Shown piece by piece: positions 1 through 8,467 of a DNA stretch of 64,000 nucleotides (its first letter is position 1; each line of letters begins with the position of its first letter). The DNA comes from Patescibacteria group bacterium. GTDB taxonomy: Bacteria > Patescibacteriota > Minisyncoccia > RBG-13-40-8-A. The stretch covers positions 8,464-72,463 of the forward strand of contig JAZDGD010000001.1 of NCBI GenBank assembly GCA_043807255.1. The letters are read 5' to 3'. The position numbers were made by a program, and so were the translations under genes. A model generated the notes under the pieces. That model saw only the letters and a program-made list of their open reading frames with translations. It was not told the DNA's origin and made no database searches.

Positions 1-14
1 AATCAAAGAATAAT

Positions 15-734
15 ATGGAAGTTATAAATATCGACATTATTAACAATTCGGTTTTGAAACTTTTGTACGAACATCGTTATATTTTCGCTTTTTTGGGAGC
101 ATTGTTTGAGGGAACGTTTATCATGATTTTAAGCGGGGTTTTATTAAGGTTTGGTTACTTTAATTTTTTTGATTTAATCGTGGTATTAATTGTTGGTTAT
201 TTTTTGAATGGTTTACTTTGGTTTGTGCTTGGGAGAATTGCCGGGCATACAATTGTTGATAAGTGGATAAAACATTTTAAAACAGGGAAGAGGTTTGCAG
301 ACAAGATAGAAGGATATTTTAAGGAGCACAGTTATAGGACAATTTTCTTAACCAGAATTACTTATGGGATTAGTATGTTTAGTTTTATGATTGCTGGGAG
401 TTTAAAAATGAATTGGAAAAAATTTATAACCATAAGTTTATTGGCAACGGTTGGTTGGGTGTTGTTGGTGGGTGGCATTGGTTATGGTTTTGGTGCAAGC
501 ATACAATCATTGAGTAGCGTGACCAAGGGCGTAACAATTGGCATTTCTTTAACCATAATAGCGGTTATGATTTTATTTGCCCTATCAATTGTTTATTGGT
601 TAAGATATTTTGCGCGAACGAAGTTTGTGCAAGAATTAGAAAATCATGATTCAATAATTTTAAGTAAAATTGGTGAAACAATTAGAAAATCGTTTCATCA
701 CAAAAAAAATGATAAAGAAACTTTCGATAAATAA
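15..734 (+). CDS. DedA/SNARE-associated (TVP38) family membrane protein
   Basis: Multi-TM protein matching the conserved DedA core (FLGALFEGTFIMILSG...GYFLNG...RFGY). Confidence 0.55.
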   Translation: MEVINIDIINNSVLKLLYEHRYIFAFLGALFEGTFIMILSGVLLRFGYFNFFDLIVVLIVGYFLNGLLWFVLGRIAGHTIVDKWIKHFKTGKRFADKIEGYFKEHSYRTIFLTRITYGISMFSFMIAGSLKMNWKKFITISLLATVGWVLLVGGIGYGFGASIQSLSSVTKGVTIGISLTIIAVMILFALSIVYWLRYFARTKFVQELENHDSIILSKIGETIRKSFHHKKNDKETFDK

Positions 735-1329
735 AATAGTTTTCTTTTTAATTAAAGCAGATTTTTTCTTTTTTTCAGCATTGGGTTTGGTCGCACCAAT
801 TTTTGCGGTCTTTTTAACGGAAAAATTAAAAGATGGAAGCATTGAAGTTGCTGGTTTTGCAGTGGCAATTTATTGGATTACAAAGTCAATTTTTGAAATT
901 CCTATAGCAAAATTTTTAGACAAGAGAAGGGGAGAGAAAGATGATTTATTGTTTTTGGTCGCAGGGTATTTTGTGGTGGGATTGATTCATTTTGGATATA
1001 CTCAAGCAACTTTGTCTTGGCATATTTATATATTGGAGGCATTATATGGTATTGCTATGGCGATTGCTATGCCTGGTTGGTCGGCAATGTTTACCAGGCA
1101 CATTGACAAGGGCAAGGAGGGCTTTGAGTGGAGCATAGAACATGTTGCTTATAGTATCGGAGTGGGAATTGCGGGTGCATTAAGCGGAATTTTGGTTGCA
1201 AGATATGGATTTAATGTTGTGTTTATAATTGCCGGAGTCGTAGCAATTATTGGTTCACTAATTCCATTATTTGTTTACAAAGACGTTAATATTGGCGGAG
1301 ATAATAAAATAAGATTTTTAAAACCATGA
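670..1329 (+). CDS. 6-TM MFS-like half-transporter membrane protein
   Basis: Hydrophobic helices with an MFS-like pattern; the six-frame ORF overlaps the upstream gene, so the real start is probably near 706. Confidence 0.35.
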   Translation: MVKQLENRFITKKMIKKLSINKIVFFLIKADFFFFSALGLVAPIFAVFLTEKLKDGSIEVAGFAVAIYWITKSIFEIPIAKFLDKRRGEKDDLLFLVAGYFVVGLIHFGYTQATLSWHIYILEALYGIAMAIAMPGWSAMFTRHIDKGKEGFEWSIEHVAYSIGVGIAGALSGILVARYGFNVVFIIAGVVAIIGSLIPLFVYKDVNIGGDNKIRFLKP

Positions 1330-1523
1330 TTACAAAAGAAATGAAAATAGAGGAGGTATTACAAAAATATCCAGAAACAATGGAAATTTTTATGAAATAC
1401 GGATTTCATTGTTTGGGTTGTGCGTCAGCAAGTTTTGAAAACGTTGAAGATGGTGCGACCGTTCATGGAATTGATATTGATAAATTTATTGAGGAATTAA
1501 ACGCAACAATAGAAAAGAAATAA
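1326..1523 (+). CDS. DUF1858 redox-disulfide small protein (hybrid-cluster-associated type)
   Basis: 65 aa with a CLGC motif and the typical DUF1858 layout (ETMEIFMKYGFHCLGC...TVHGID). Confidence 0.5.
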   Translation: MITKEMKIEEVLQKYPETMEIFMKYGFHCLGCASASFENVEDGATVHGIDIDKFIEELNATIEKK

Positions 1524-1529
1524 AATAAA

Positions 1530-2111
1530 TTGTATAAATTGTATTTTTTGTCAGATATGGTATCATATAATTATATGAATATATCAATACCAAAATTAAA
1601 AGCAATTCTATTATATTTTAGTAATTTTACTGAAAGAAAATTTTTAGGAAAAGTGAAGTTAATGAAATTATTTTACTTCTTGGACTTTATGCACGTAAAA
1701 AAATATGGATCACCAGTTACATATGATAATTATGTGAACCTAGAGCACGGTCCAATACCCTCTTCTATTAAAAATTTAGTAGATACCGCAGATGATGATA
1801 TTGATAATTCTATTTTGGCTGATACAATATCGTTCGAAAAGATGGATGGCGAGGGAATTCATAGAATTATTCCGAAGAGAAAATTTACAGAACAGGACAA
1901 AGAATATTTTTCTACAACAGAATTTGATATTTTAACGGAGGTCTGTAAAAAATTCGGGGATAAAAATACCAAATATATAGAAGAAGCTTCTCATAATGAA
2001 TCTCCGTGGAAAGAAACTAAATTTCTAGGGCTGATCCCGTACGCATTAGCTGCCAATGATCCAGATTGCATAGCAAGAAAAGAGGAGATAGAAATGATAG
2101 TAAATCTATAA
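1530..2111 (+). CDS. Panacea (DUF4065) domain protein, SocA/PanA antitoxin-like
   Basis: Panacea core motif KLMKLFYFLDF...YGSPVTYDNYVNLEHGPIPS. Confidence 0.6.
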   Translation: MYKLYFLSDMVSYNYMNISIPKLKAILLYFSNFTERKFLGKVKLMKLFYFLDFMHVKKYGSPVTYDNYVNLEHGPIPSSIKNLVDTADDDIDNSILADTISFEKMDGEGIHRIIPKRKFTEQDKEYFSTTEFDILTEVCKKFGDKNTKYIEEASHNESPWKETKFLGLIPYALAANDPDCIARKEEIEMIVNL

Positions 2112-2114
2112 ATT

Positions 2115-2507
2115 ATGAAGTCGTCAGAATTTGGAGATATTTTTGAATACGAACAAAGAGACTGGATTTTCCTTGCAAAAATTGGAGACATTATGAGTGC
2201 GTGTCGAATATTGGACACAGAGGAAACAAGGAAAATTAATAGTCTCTATGAGTATCGGAGCAAAAGGAACGAAAATTGTATAAACCAAAGTATTTTTTGT
2301 TTTGTGGTATTACAAACAGAAGGGTTTAAAGGTAGAATGGCCCATTTTGCAAAATCTGAATTGGGCGACGTAAAATCTATTTTGTACAAAACAGAAGTGA
2401 AGTTGGATAAAGAGGATTTAATAAAAATTAAAAAAGAAATAGAGAATTTAAATAGTTCTGTGTCTGGCGGGTTGAGAAAAATTATAAAGAATATAGAGAT
2501 AAAATAA
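2115..2507 (+). CDS. Hypothetical 130-aa protein; candidate toxin partner of the upstream Panacea gene
   Basis: Starts 4 nt after the Panacea ORF on the same strand; I recognise no domain. Confidence 0.3.
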   Translation: MKSSEFGDIFEYEQRDWIFLAKIGDIMSACRILDTEETRKINSLYEYRSKRNENCINQSIFCFVVLQTEGFKGRMAHFAKSELGDVKSILYKTEVKLDKEDLIKIKKEIENLNSSVSGGLRKIIKNIEIK

Positions 2508-2565
2508 AATCATTATTTATTATTAAAATCGCCAAATAGGCGGTTTTTTGATATAATAAATCTGT

Positions 2566-4311
2566 ATGACCAATCAGGAGATTTCGCATATTTTAAATAA
2601 TATCGCCGAATATTTAGCGATGGATGATGTCCCATTTAAGCCGCGTGCTTACGAAAAAGCAGCAGTTAGTATTGAAGCACTCGACGAGAGTGTTTTTGAC
2701 ATTTATAAAACTGGCGGGATAAAAGCATTAGAAAATATATCATCTATTGGCAAAGGAATTGCCTTCAAGATTGAAGAATATATTAAAACAGGGAAAATAA
2801 AAGAATATGAACAATTAAAAAAGAAGGTGCCAGTTGATTTAGAAGCATTAACGGCAATTGAGGGGATTGGACCAAAAAGTATTTTAAAATTATATAAAGA
2901 ATTGGGGGTTAAAAATGTTAAAGACCTAGAAATGGCTGCTAAAAATAAAAAAATTAGAAATATTGAAGGATTCGGGCAAAAAACCGAAGACAATATTTTA
3001 ATGTCGATTCAATTTTTGAAAAATTCTGATGGCAGATTTCCTCTGGGATATGTTTTGAATGATTTAAGAAACATTGAGCAAAAAATTAAAAGAATAAAGG
3101 GAGTTAAAAAAACATTATTAAGCGGGTCTGTGCGTAGAATGAAAGAAGATATTGGTGATGCCGATATTCTAGTAGCAGTTGATAACAAAGAAGACACAAA
3201 AGACATTGTAAGCTATTTTATTAATATGCCGGAAGTAGCGCATATTTTTAGCCACGGAGACACCAAGTCATCCGTAAAATTAAAAAATCACATTAATTTT
3301 GATATGCGAGTTGTTGAGGAAAAGAGTTTCGGCGCTGCTTCGCAGTATTTTACGGGAAGCAAGGATCATAATATTGCACTAAGGAAAATTGCGATTAAAA
3401 AAGGATTAAAATTGAATGAATACGGGATTTTTCGAATTAAAAGTCAAAAGTCAAAAATTAAAAGTTTGGCGGAAACAGAAGAAGGGGTTTATAAAAAATT
3501 AGGACTACAATGGATTCCGCCAGAGATGAGAGAAAATAAAGGCGAGATCGAACTTGCTCAGAAGAATAAACTTCCCAATTTAATAAAATACAACGACCTT
3601 AAAGGCGATTTGCAGATGCATTCAACCTGGTCAGATGGATTAAATACAATTGAAGAGATGGCAAATAAAGCAATGGATATGGGATTAGAATATATTGCAA
3701 TTACTGACCATGTTCGGGGCATGTTTGGCAATAAATTAAACGAAAAAGGATTAAGTAAGCAATGGGAAGAAATAGATGAGATAAATCAAAAATTAAAAGT
3801 CAAAAATCAAAAATTCAAAATACTGAAGGGGTGTGAGGTTGATATAATGAATGATGGGAGTTTGTATATGAAAGATGAAATTTTAGAGAAATTTGATATT
3901 GTTGGCGCAGCAATTCATTCTAATTTTAAAATGTCTAAAGAAAAAATGACCGAAAGAATTGTTCGGGCGATGAGAAATCCTAATGTTGATATAATTTTTC
4001 ATCCCACTGGTCGGCTTATTGGTGCGAGAGCTCCGTTTGAAGTTGACATTGAAAAAATTATTCAAGTCGCCAAGGAGACAAATACGATTCTGGAAATCAA
4101 TTCTTATTTTAATCGTTTAGATTTAAAAGACGAATATGTGCGTATGGCAAAAAACGCAGGAGTAAAAATTTCCATTGATTCTGATGCACACAGTATTTCG
4201 CATTTTCAATATTTAGAATTAGGCATCGCCCAAGCCCGCAGGGGGTGGTTAGAAAGAAAAGACGTCATCAACGTTTGGCCACTAGATAAAATGTTAAAAA
4301 TGCTAAAATGA
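2566..4311 (+). CDS. polX: DNA polymerase X family protein with a C-terminal PHP phosphoesterase domain
   Basis: N-terminal HhH/Pol-beta-like region, nucleotidyltransferase motif (GSVRRMKEDIGDADIL) and a PHP histidine motif (MHSTWSDG...ITDH). It carries two in-frame copies of the 30-nt heptamer repeat. Confidence 0.8.
   Translation: MTNQEISHILNNIAEYLAMDDVPFKPRAYEKAAVSIEALDESVFDIYKTGGIKALENISSIGKGIAFKIEEYIKTGKIKEYEQLKKKVPVDLEALTAIEGIGPKSILKLYKELGVKNVKDLEMAAKNKKIRNIEGFGQKTEDNILMSIQFLKNSDGRFPLGYVLNDLRNIEQKIKRIKGVKKTLLSGSVRRMKEDIGDADILVAVDNKEDTKDIVSYFINMPEVAHIFSHGDTKSSVKLKNHINFDMRVVEEKSFGAASQYFTGSKDHNIALRKIAIKKGLKLNEYGIFRIKSQKSKIKSLAETEEGVYKKLGLQWIPPEMRENKGEIELAQKNKLPNLIKYNDLKGDLQMHSTWSDGLNTIEEMANKAMDMGLEYIAITDHVRGMFGNKLNEKGLSKQWEEIDEINQKLKVKNQKFKILKGCEVDIMNDGSLYMKDEILEKFDIVGAAIHSNFKMSKEKMTERIVRAMRNPNVDIIFHPTGRLIGARAPFEVDIEKIIQVAKETNTILEINSYFNRLDLKDEYVRMAKNAGVKISIDSDAHSISHFQYLELGIAQARRGWLERKDVINVWPLDKMLKMLK
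3436..3465 (+). repeat. 30-nt AAAAGTC heptamer mini-repeat (attaaaagtcaaaagtcaaaaattaaaagt), in frame in polX
   Basis: Identical 30-mer at 30385-30414 (leuS). Variants at 3792-3821 (polX), about 14945-14974 (ileS) and 35959-35990 (pth, minus strand); degenerate relatives at 10361-10380 (argS) and 48742-48760 (nrdG). Confidence 0.8.
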
Positions 4312-4730
4312 ATAAATTTTTGAAATTTTGGTTGCCAGTTGTGGTTTGGGCGGGGTTGATATTTGTTTTATCCTCAATCCCAAGTCTAAAAACAAATCTG
4401 GAACAAGATTTTTTGTTAAGAAAGATTGCACATATTGTTGAATTCGGCATTTTAACCTTCTTATTATATAGGGCTATATCCGCCCAGGGCCTGCCTGCCG
4501 GCAAGGCAGGCGGATCGCCCTGCAGGGCAATCATCTATTCTTTTATTTTTGCATTATTTTACGCCTTTTCCGACGAACTACATCAATATTATGTTCCGGG
4601 TAGGCATTGTAGCTTAAAAGATGTTGGAATTGATAGTGTCGGTATTCTTATTTTTTCATTGGCGTGTTATTATAAAAATAGAAAGGCGCCGTTCCCCGTA
4701 GGGAACAGCGCCAGTAGGTCAGGCTATTAG
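4308..4730 (+). CDS. VanZ-like family membrane protein
   Basis: VanZ-like motif SDELHQYYVPGRHCSLKDVGIDSVG. A GC-rich palindromic insert lies in frame at 4489-4511. Confidence 0.5.
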   Translation: MNKFLKFWLPVVVWAGLIFVLSSIPSLKTNLEQDFLLRKIAHIVEFGILTFLLYRAISAQGLPAGKAGGSPCRAIIYSFIFALFYAFSDELHQYYVPGRHCSLKDVGIDSVGILIFSLACYYKNRKAPFPVGNSASRSGY

Positions 4731-4737
4731 TTCAAGC

Positions 4738-5727
4738 TTAGAACAGCTTGAAATTCAGACCGGCCGAAATGCCGGGGGCAAACCCGACTTGGCCCTGAAT
4801 GAACAATTCGGCGAAGTTCATCTCAACGCCGACACGGAAGATATTAACGAACCCGAAACTCGTCGCGCGAATCTCGAATTCGTTCTTGTCGTAGAACGAA
4901 TCGTACGAGCCGTAATAGGAATCGTGGAACCAGTTTTCCTGGTATCCCACGCCGGAATAGGTGGTACCCAAGAACAAGGCCCTGATTCCGGCGGACGCAT
5001 GTAAGATCGCGTTGCCGACGTTGGTCTTGTACGACATGTCGAACCCGGCAGAGAATTCGGAGTGAGACATCTTACGGATATTGGCCTGTTCGGCGTAATA
5101 TCCGTAAGACATCCACCCGAATCCCTCGGTACGGTAGTTGTGGATATTGGAATCCACGGACGACTCGTCCTGCCAGAGATATCTGGCGGTCAGGTTAGTG
5201 AAGAAATGTTCATTGTTGAACGGAATTGTCCATTCAATCTCTCCACCGAAGATCAGCCCGAGTTCGGACTTGTTCTTGAACGGCGTGAAATCGTGTTGCC
5301 GTTCGAACTGTCCGTCCCAACCGTCGTATTTCTCGACGGTCTCGATGGTGCCCCGATAGTAGTCGTAGGCGAGGTTGCCCGTGCCCACGATGCCGGAGAT
5401 CCGGAAGTTCTTGGAGACGAACGAGACTTCGCAGTAGATCCGCGAAACCTGTTCTTCTCCGTCGAGTTCCGAAAGCTTGGTAACCGTGTGCCGGTCATAG
5501 CGTCGGACATCAACTATTTTGGTGTCGTCTCCGAATCCTTTGTACGAGAGATCCTCTCGCACGATGCTGATCTGGAATCCCTTGACCCAGCTGGCCTTCT
5601 CTTCGAACGACATCGCCGAGGCCGAGGAGAGGAGCAATACCACCATCGCCAACAAGACATAAAACTTTTTCACTAGAACCTCCTTAAAAGATTGTGGACT
5701 AAGTCCAGTATATACATTATAGCACAT
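4738..5727 (-). CDS. Secreted beta-rich protein ending in Phe (outer-membrane beta-barrel-like), in a GC-rich island
   Basis: Signal peptide, G/Y/F/W-rich alternating pattern and a terminal ...NFKLF. Local GC is much higher than the flanks. Confidence 0.45.
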   Translation of the reverse strand: MCYNVYTGLSPQSFKEVLVKKFYVLLAMVVLLLSSASAMSFEEKASWVKGFQISIVREDLSYKGFGDDTKIVDVRRYDRHTVTKLSELDGEEQVSRIYCEVSFVSKNFRISGIVGTGNLAYDYYRGTIETVEKYDGWDGQFERQHDFTPFKNKSELGLIFGGEIEWTIPFNNEHFFTNLTARYLWQDESSVDSNIHNYRTEGFGWMSYGYYAEQANIRKMSHSEFSAGFDMSYKTNVGNAILHASAGIRALFLGTTYSGVGYQENWFHDSYYGSYDSFYDKNEFEIRATSFGFVNIFRVGVEMNFAELFIQGQVGFAPGISAGLNFKLF

Positions 5728-5796
5728 ACAAAGAATTTGTCAACTAAAAAAGTCGAGATTTGGATTAATTGGAATAATTAAAATAATTAGAAATTT

Positions 5797-7233
5797 ATGA
5801 ATAATGATTTAATTAATTACATAAAACAATGTCGCGAACAAAAGATTTCTGATGGGCAAATCAGAACCGCTCTTTTAGGTGCGGGGTGGAAGGTAGAAGA
5901 TATAAATGAAGGATTTAATTCATTTAATGGCATAAACGTCCCTGCGCCGAGTGCTTCCAATAGTGTTGGCGGCAAATTGGCATCAGCGCCACAAATTTTA
6001 AAAGAGGCGTGGGGAATTTATAAAAAAAGATTTTTGGTTTTTGTCCTTTTAACAATAATCCCGCTGATTTTAACCACCATATTGATTGCCGTGGTTGGTG
6101 GTGTGGGCTTGTTGGGATTGGCTCTTATTTTTACTGGTCTTGCTGTTTGGAAAATTATATCATTTGCTTTAATAGCAATTTTGTTGTTCTTTTTGTTTAC
6201 AGCTACTCACGTATGGGGACAGGCATCATTAATTTATGCGATTAATGAAAATGAGTCTGGGTTAAAATTTATAGAAGCAATTAAAAAGGGTTGGCATAAA
6301 ATATTCCCTTATTGGATAGTTTCGGCATTGATTGGTGTTATTGTTATGTGTGGGTCGATGCTTTTTCTTGTTCCGGGAATTCTTTTTATGGTTTGGTTTT
6401 CTCTCGCCTTTTTTGTTTTGACAGTTGAAGACACGAAGGGCATGAGCGCTCTTTATAAGAGCAGGGAATATGTTCGAAACCATTGGTGGGCGGTACTGTG
6501 GAGGTTGATTTTTATGTGTCTAATTTCTGTGGTTATTTCTCAAATTTTTAGTTGGATATTTAAATTGATAAATGTCGGCTGGATAGAAATGATCGGTACT
6601 TTATTGGTTTCGTGCGTTCTGCTTCCGCTAATGTTGGTTTATAATTTCTTAACTTATAAAAAATTAAAAGAGTTGAAAGGAGATTTTGTTTTTGTCCCAG
6701 ACAAAAGTACTAGGACTGGCGTAAGAATCGTGGTGATTATAGTGATCACGCTCTTAGTCCTTGGTATTGTCGCAAACTTTCTTTTGGCCGGATTTTTGAT
6801 AAAACGGAATTCTTCAAATAATAACTTACAAAATCCTCAATCTAATGATCCACGAAGAAATCAATCGGTTAGTTACGAAATTGGATCAAGAGACGCCAGA
6901 AGAAGAAGTGATATTATTCTAACGGTTTTCGCGCTTCAAATGTATTACGACGATAATGGTAGTTATCCGAAAACTAACGGATGTAATGTTGATAGCTGGA
7001 GTTTAATGATGAGCACATTGCAAGATAAGAAGATTCTGTCGAATGTTCCGACCGATCCATTAAATTCTGGAGATTACACGTATAAATATAGTAGTGACGG
7101 CAAAGACTATATTTTAAGCGCCTATTTTGAGGATTCTACTAATCATTATTTAGGTACGGACGTTGATGGTGTTATTATGGGTTGTGATTGTGGTGATTCA
7201 CATTATTGTCTTGATTCAGATACTCGTTATTAA
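5797..7233 (+). CDS. Membrane protein with a conserved cytoplasmic N-domain, a multi-TM core and a C-terminal type-II-secretion pseudopilin (GspG)-like domain
   Basis: The C-terminal RRRSDIILTVFALQMYYDDNGSYP resembles the GspG globular domain. The N-terminal about 40 aa are paralogous to the protein at 41523. Confidence 0.45.
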   Translation: MNNDLINYIKQCREQKISDGQIRTALLGAGWKVEDINEGFNSFNGINVPAPSASNSVGGKLASAPQILKEAWGIYKKRFLVFVLLTIIPLILTTILIAVVGGVGLLGLALIFTGLAVWKIISFALIAILLFFLFTATHVWGQASLIYAINENESGLKFIEAIKKGWHKIFPYWIVSALIGVIVMCGSMLFLVPGILFMVWFSLAFFVLTVEDTKGMSALYKSREYVRNHWWAVLWRLIFMCLISVVISQIFSWIFKLINVGWIEMIGTLLVSCVLLPLMLVYNFLTYKKLKELKGDFVFVPDKSTRTGVRIVVIIVITLLVLGIVANFLLAGFLIKRNSSNNNLQNPQSNDPRRNQSVSYEIGSRDARRRSDIILTVFALQMYYDDNGSYPKTNGCNVDSWSLMMSTLQDKKILSNVPTDPLNSGDYTYKYSSDGKDYILSAYFEDSTNHYLGTDVDGVIMGCDCGDSHYCLDSDTRY

Positions 7234-7264
7234 TCAATAAAAAGGTCGGTAATTATAAAATAGA

Positions 7265-7342
7265 AGCAGATAATCGCAGATTAAGACGCAGATAAACGCA
7301 GATCAGCGTAAATCGGCGCTTAGATCCGCGTAGATCTGCATA
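7265..7342 (+). repeat. Intergenic mini-array of degenerate CGCAGAT(A)A(A) decamers
   Basis: agcagataatcgcagattaagacgcagataaacgcagatcagcgtaaatcggcgcttagatccgcgtagatctgc. Related tandem units occur in frame in tatD (26225-26275) and leuS (29299-29338). Confidence 0.7.
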
Positions 7343-7349
7343 TAATTGT

Positions 7350-7721
7350 ATGTTTTATTCATTTTTTGGTTTAGGATTTGTGGCGGGATTTTTGATTATC
7401 GTAGGCATTCTTTTTCTACTAGTGAATTTGGGAATAATCAGTGCTGCGGTTTGGGCGTGGTGGCCAATACTGTTGATTGTTATTGGAATTTATATTTTAA
7501 CTTTAAAAAAGAGAAGAAAGAAAATTGCTGTGCACAATATTTTCTCAAAACTTGCTTCTAACGATAAAATTCAATCGAAACTTAATAAAATTATTGAAAC
7601 CGTTGATCAGGTGGTTGAGAAAAAAATAGATGAATGGCACGACGAAGCAATGAGCGAAAAGGGGGAAGAGGAAATAAGAACAAATGAAACCCATCACACA
7701 AAATCGAAGGTCCAGTTATGA
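7350..7721 (+). CDS. Small 2-TM membrane protein with a charged C-terminus
   Basis: ORF with two hydrophobic helices followed by KKRRKK. Confidence 0.3.
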   Translation: MFYSFFGLGFVAGFLIIVGILFLLVNLGIISAAVWAWWPILLIVIGIYILTLKKRRKKIAVHNIFSKLASNDKIQSKLNKIIETVDQVVEKKIDEWHDEAMSEKGEEEIRTNETHHTKSKVQL

Positions 7722-8133
7722 TTATGAAATATTAGAAACCTACGAGGCTGGTTTAGTGCTTTTTGGTTTTGAGGTGAAAGCAATAAAAACCGGCCATGTT
7801 AGTTTAACTGGCTCATTTGTTACAACCAAAGGCGGAGAGCTTTTTTTGACCAACGCCCTGGTCCCGCCCTATCAACCCAAAAACACTCCCATTGACTACG
7901 ACCAATCACGGCCAAGAAAGCTTCTATTAAATAGGTCCGAAATTAGTTCGTTGATTGGTAAATTAAAAGCCAAAGGGTTGACATTGGTACCAATTCGGTT
8001 ATATACTAAGAAGAACAGAATAAAGCTTGAATTCGGCATAGCCAAAGGAAGAAAGAAGGCCGACAAGCGAGAAGTAATAAAGAAGAGAGAATTTGGCAGA
8101 GAAAAAGAAAGAATTATTAAGGGGGGAATCTAA
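7684..8133 (+). CDS. smpB: SsrA-binding protein SmpB
   Basis: Conserved SmpB motifs (DYEILETYEAGLVL, RPRKLLLNRSEI, TLVPIRLY, KGRKKADKRE). Confidence 0.85.
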   Translation: MKPITQNRRSSYDYEILETYEAGLVLFGFEVKAIKTGHVSLTGSFVTTKGGELFLTNALVPPYQPKNTPIDYDQSRPRKLLLNRSEISSLIGKLKAKGLTLVPIRLYTKKNRIKLEFGIAKGRKKADKREVIKKREFGREKERIIKGGI

Positions 8134-8134
8134 A

Positions 8135-8404
8135 ATGTTTTATCTTTATATTCTGTATAGCGAAAAAGATAAGAGATTATATGTTGGGCAAACAAATAAT
8201 TTAAAAAATCGATTAAATCGTCATAACCTAGGATTGGTCTTGGCGACCAAGGGCAGAAGACCATTGTGCTTGATTCACGAAGAAGAATATCAAACCAGAA
8301 GAGAGGCAGTTAAAAGAGAATATTTTTTAAAGAGTTTGTGGGGTGCGAGAGAAAAGAAAAAGATTTTAGAAACGTATTTAAATGAAGTAAGGGCTAAACC
8401 CTAG
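8135..8404 (+). CDS. GIY-YIG nuclease superfamily protein (UPF0213-like)
   Basis: The motif YLYILYS...LYVGQTNNLKNRLNRHN is the GIY-YIG core. Confidence 0.7.
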   Translation: MFYLYILYSEKDKRLYVGQTNNLKNRLNRHNLGLVLATKGRRPLCLIHEEEYQTRREAVKREYFLKSLWGAREKKKILETYLNEVRAKP

Positions 8405-8467
8405 ATTCGCCAAGGGCGAATCGGGTCGCCCCGAACATAACTGATTTTAAAATCAGTTATGTTCTAG
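8405..8467 (+). terminator. Two tandem GC hairpins (gattcgccaagggcgaatc, and the perfect palindrome gaacataactgattttaaaatcagttatgttc)
   Basis: Inverted repeats read directly from the sequence. They lie between the GIY-YIG gene and the tmRNA 5' end. Confidence 0.45.

Noticed and set aside
670-734. Start of ORF 670..1329 overlapping the DedA gene
   Set aside because: The six-frame ORF extends upstream of a plausible start; the real start is probably an internal Met near 706.
4789-5676. Plus-strand ORFs 4789..5004, 5062..5676, 5138..5359 and minus-strand 5253..5513
   Set aside because: Antisense or overlapping ORFs produced by the high GC content of the 4738-5727 island. The minus-strand 329-aa ORF has a signal peptide and a coherent domain pattern.
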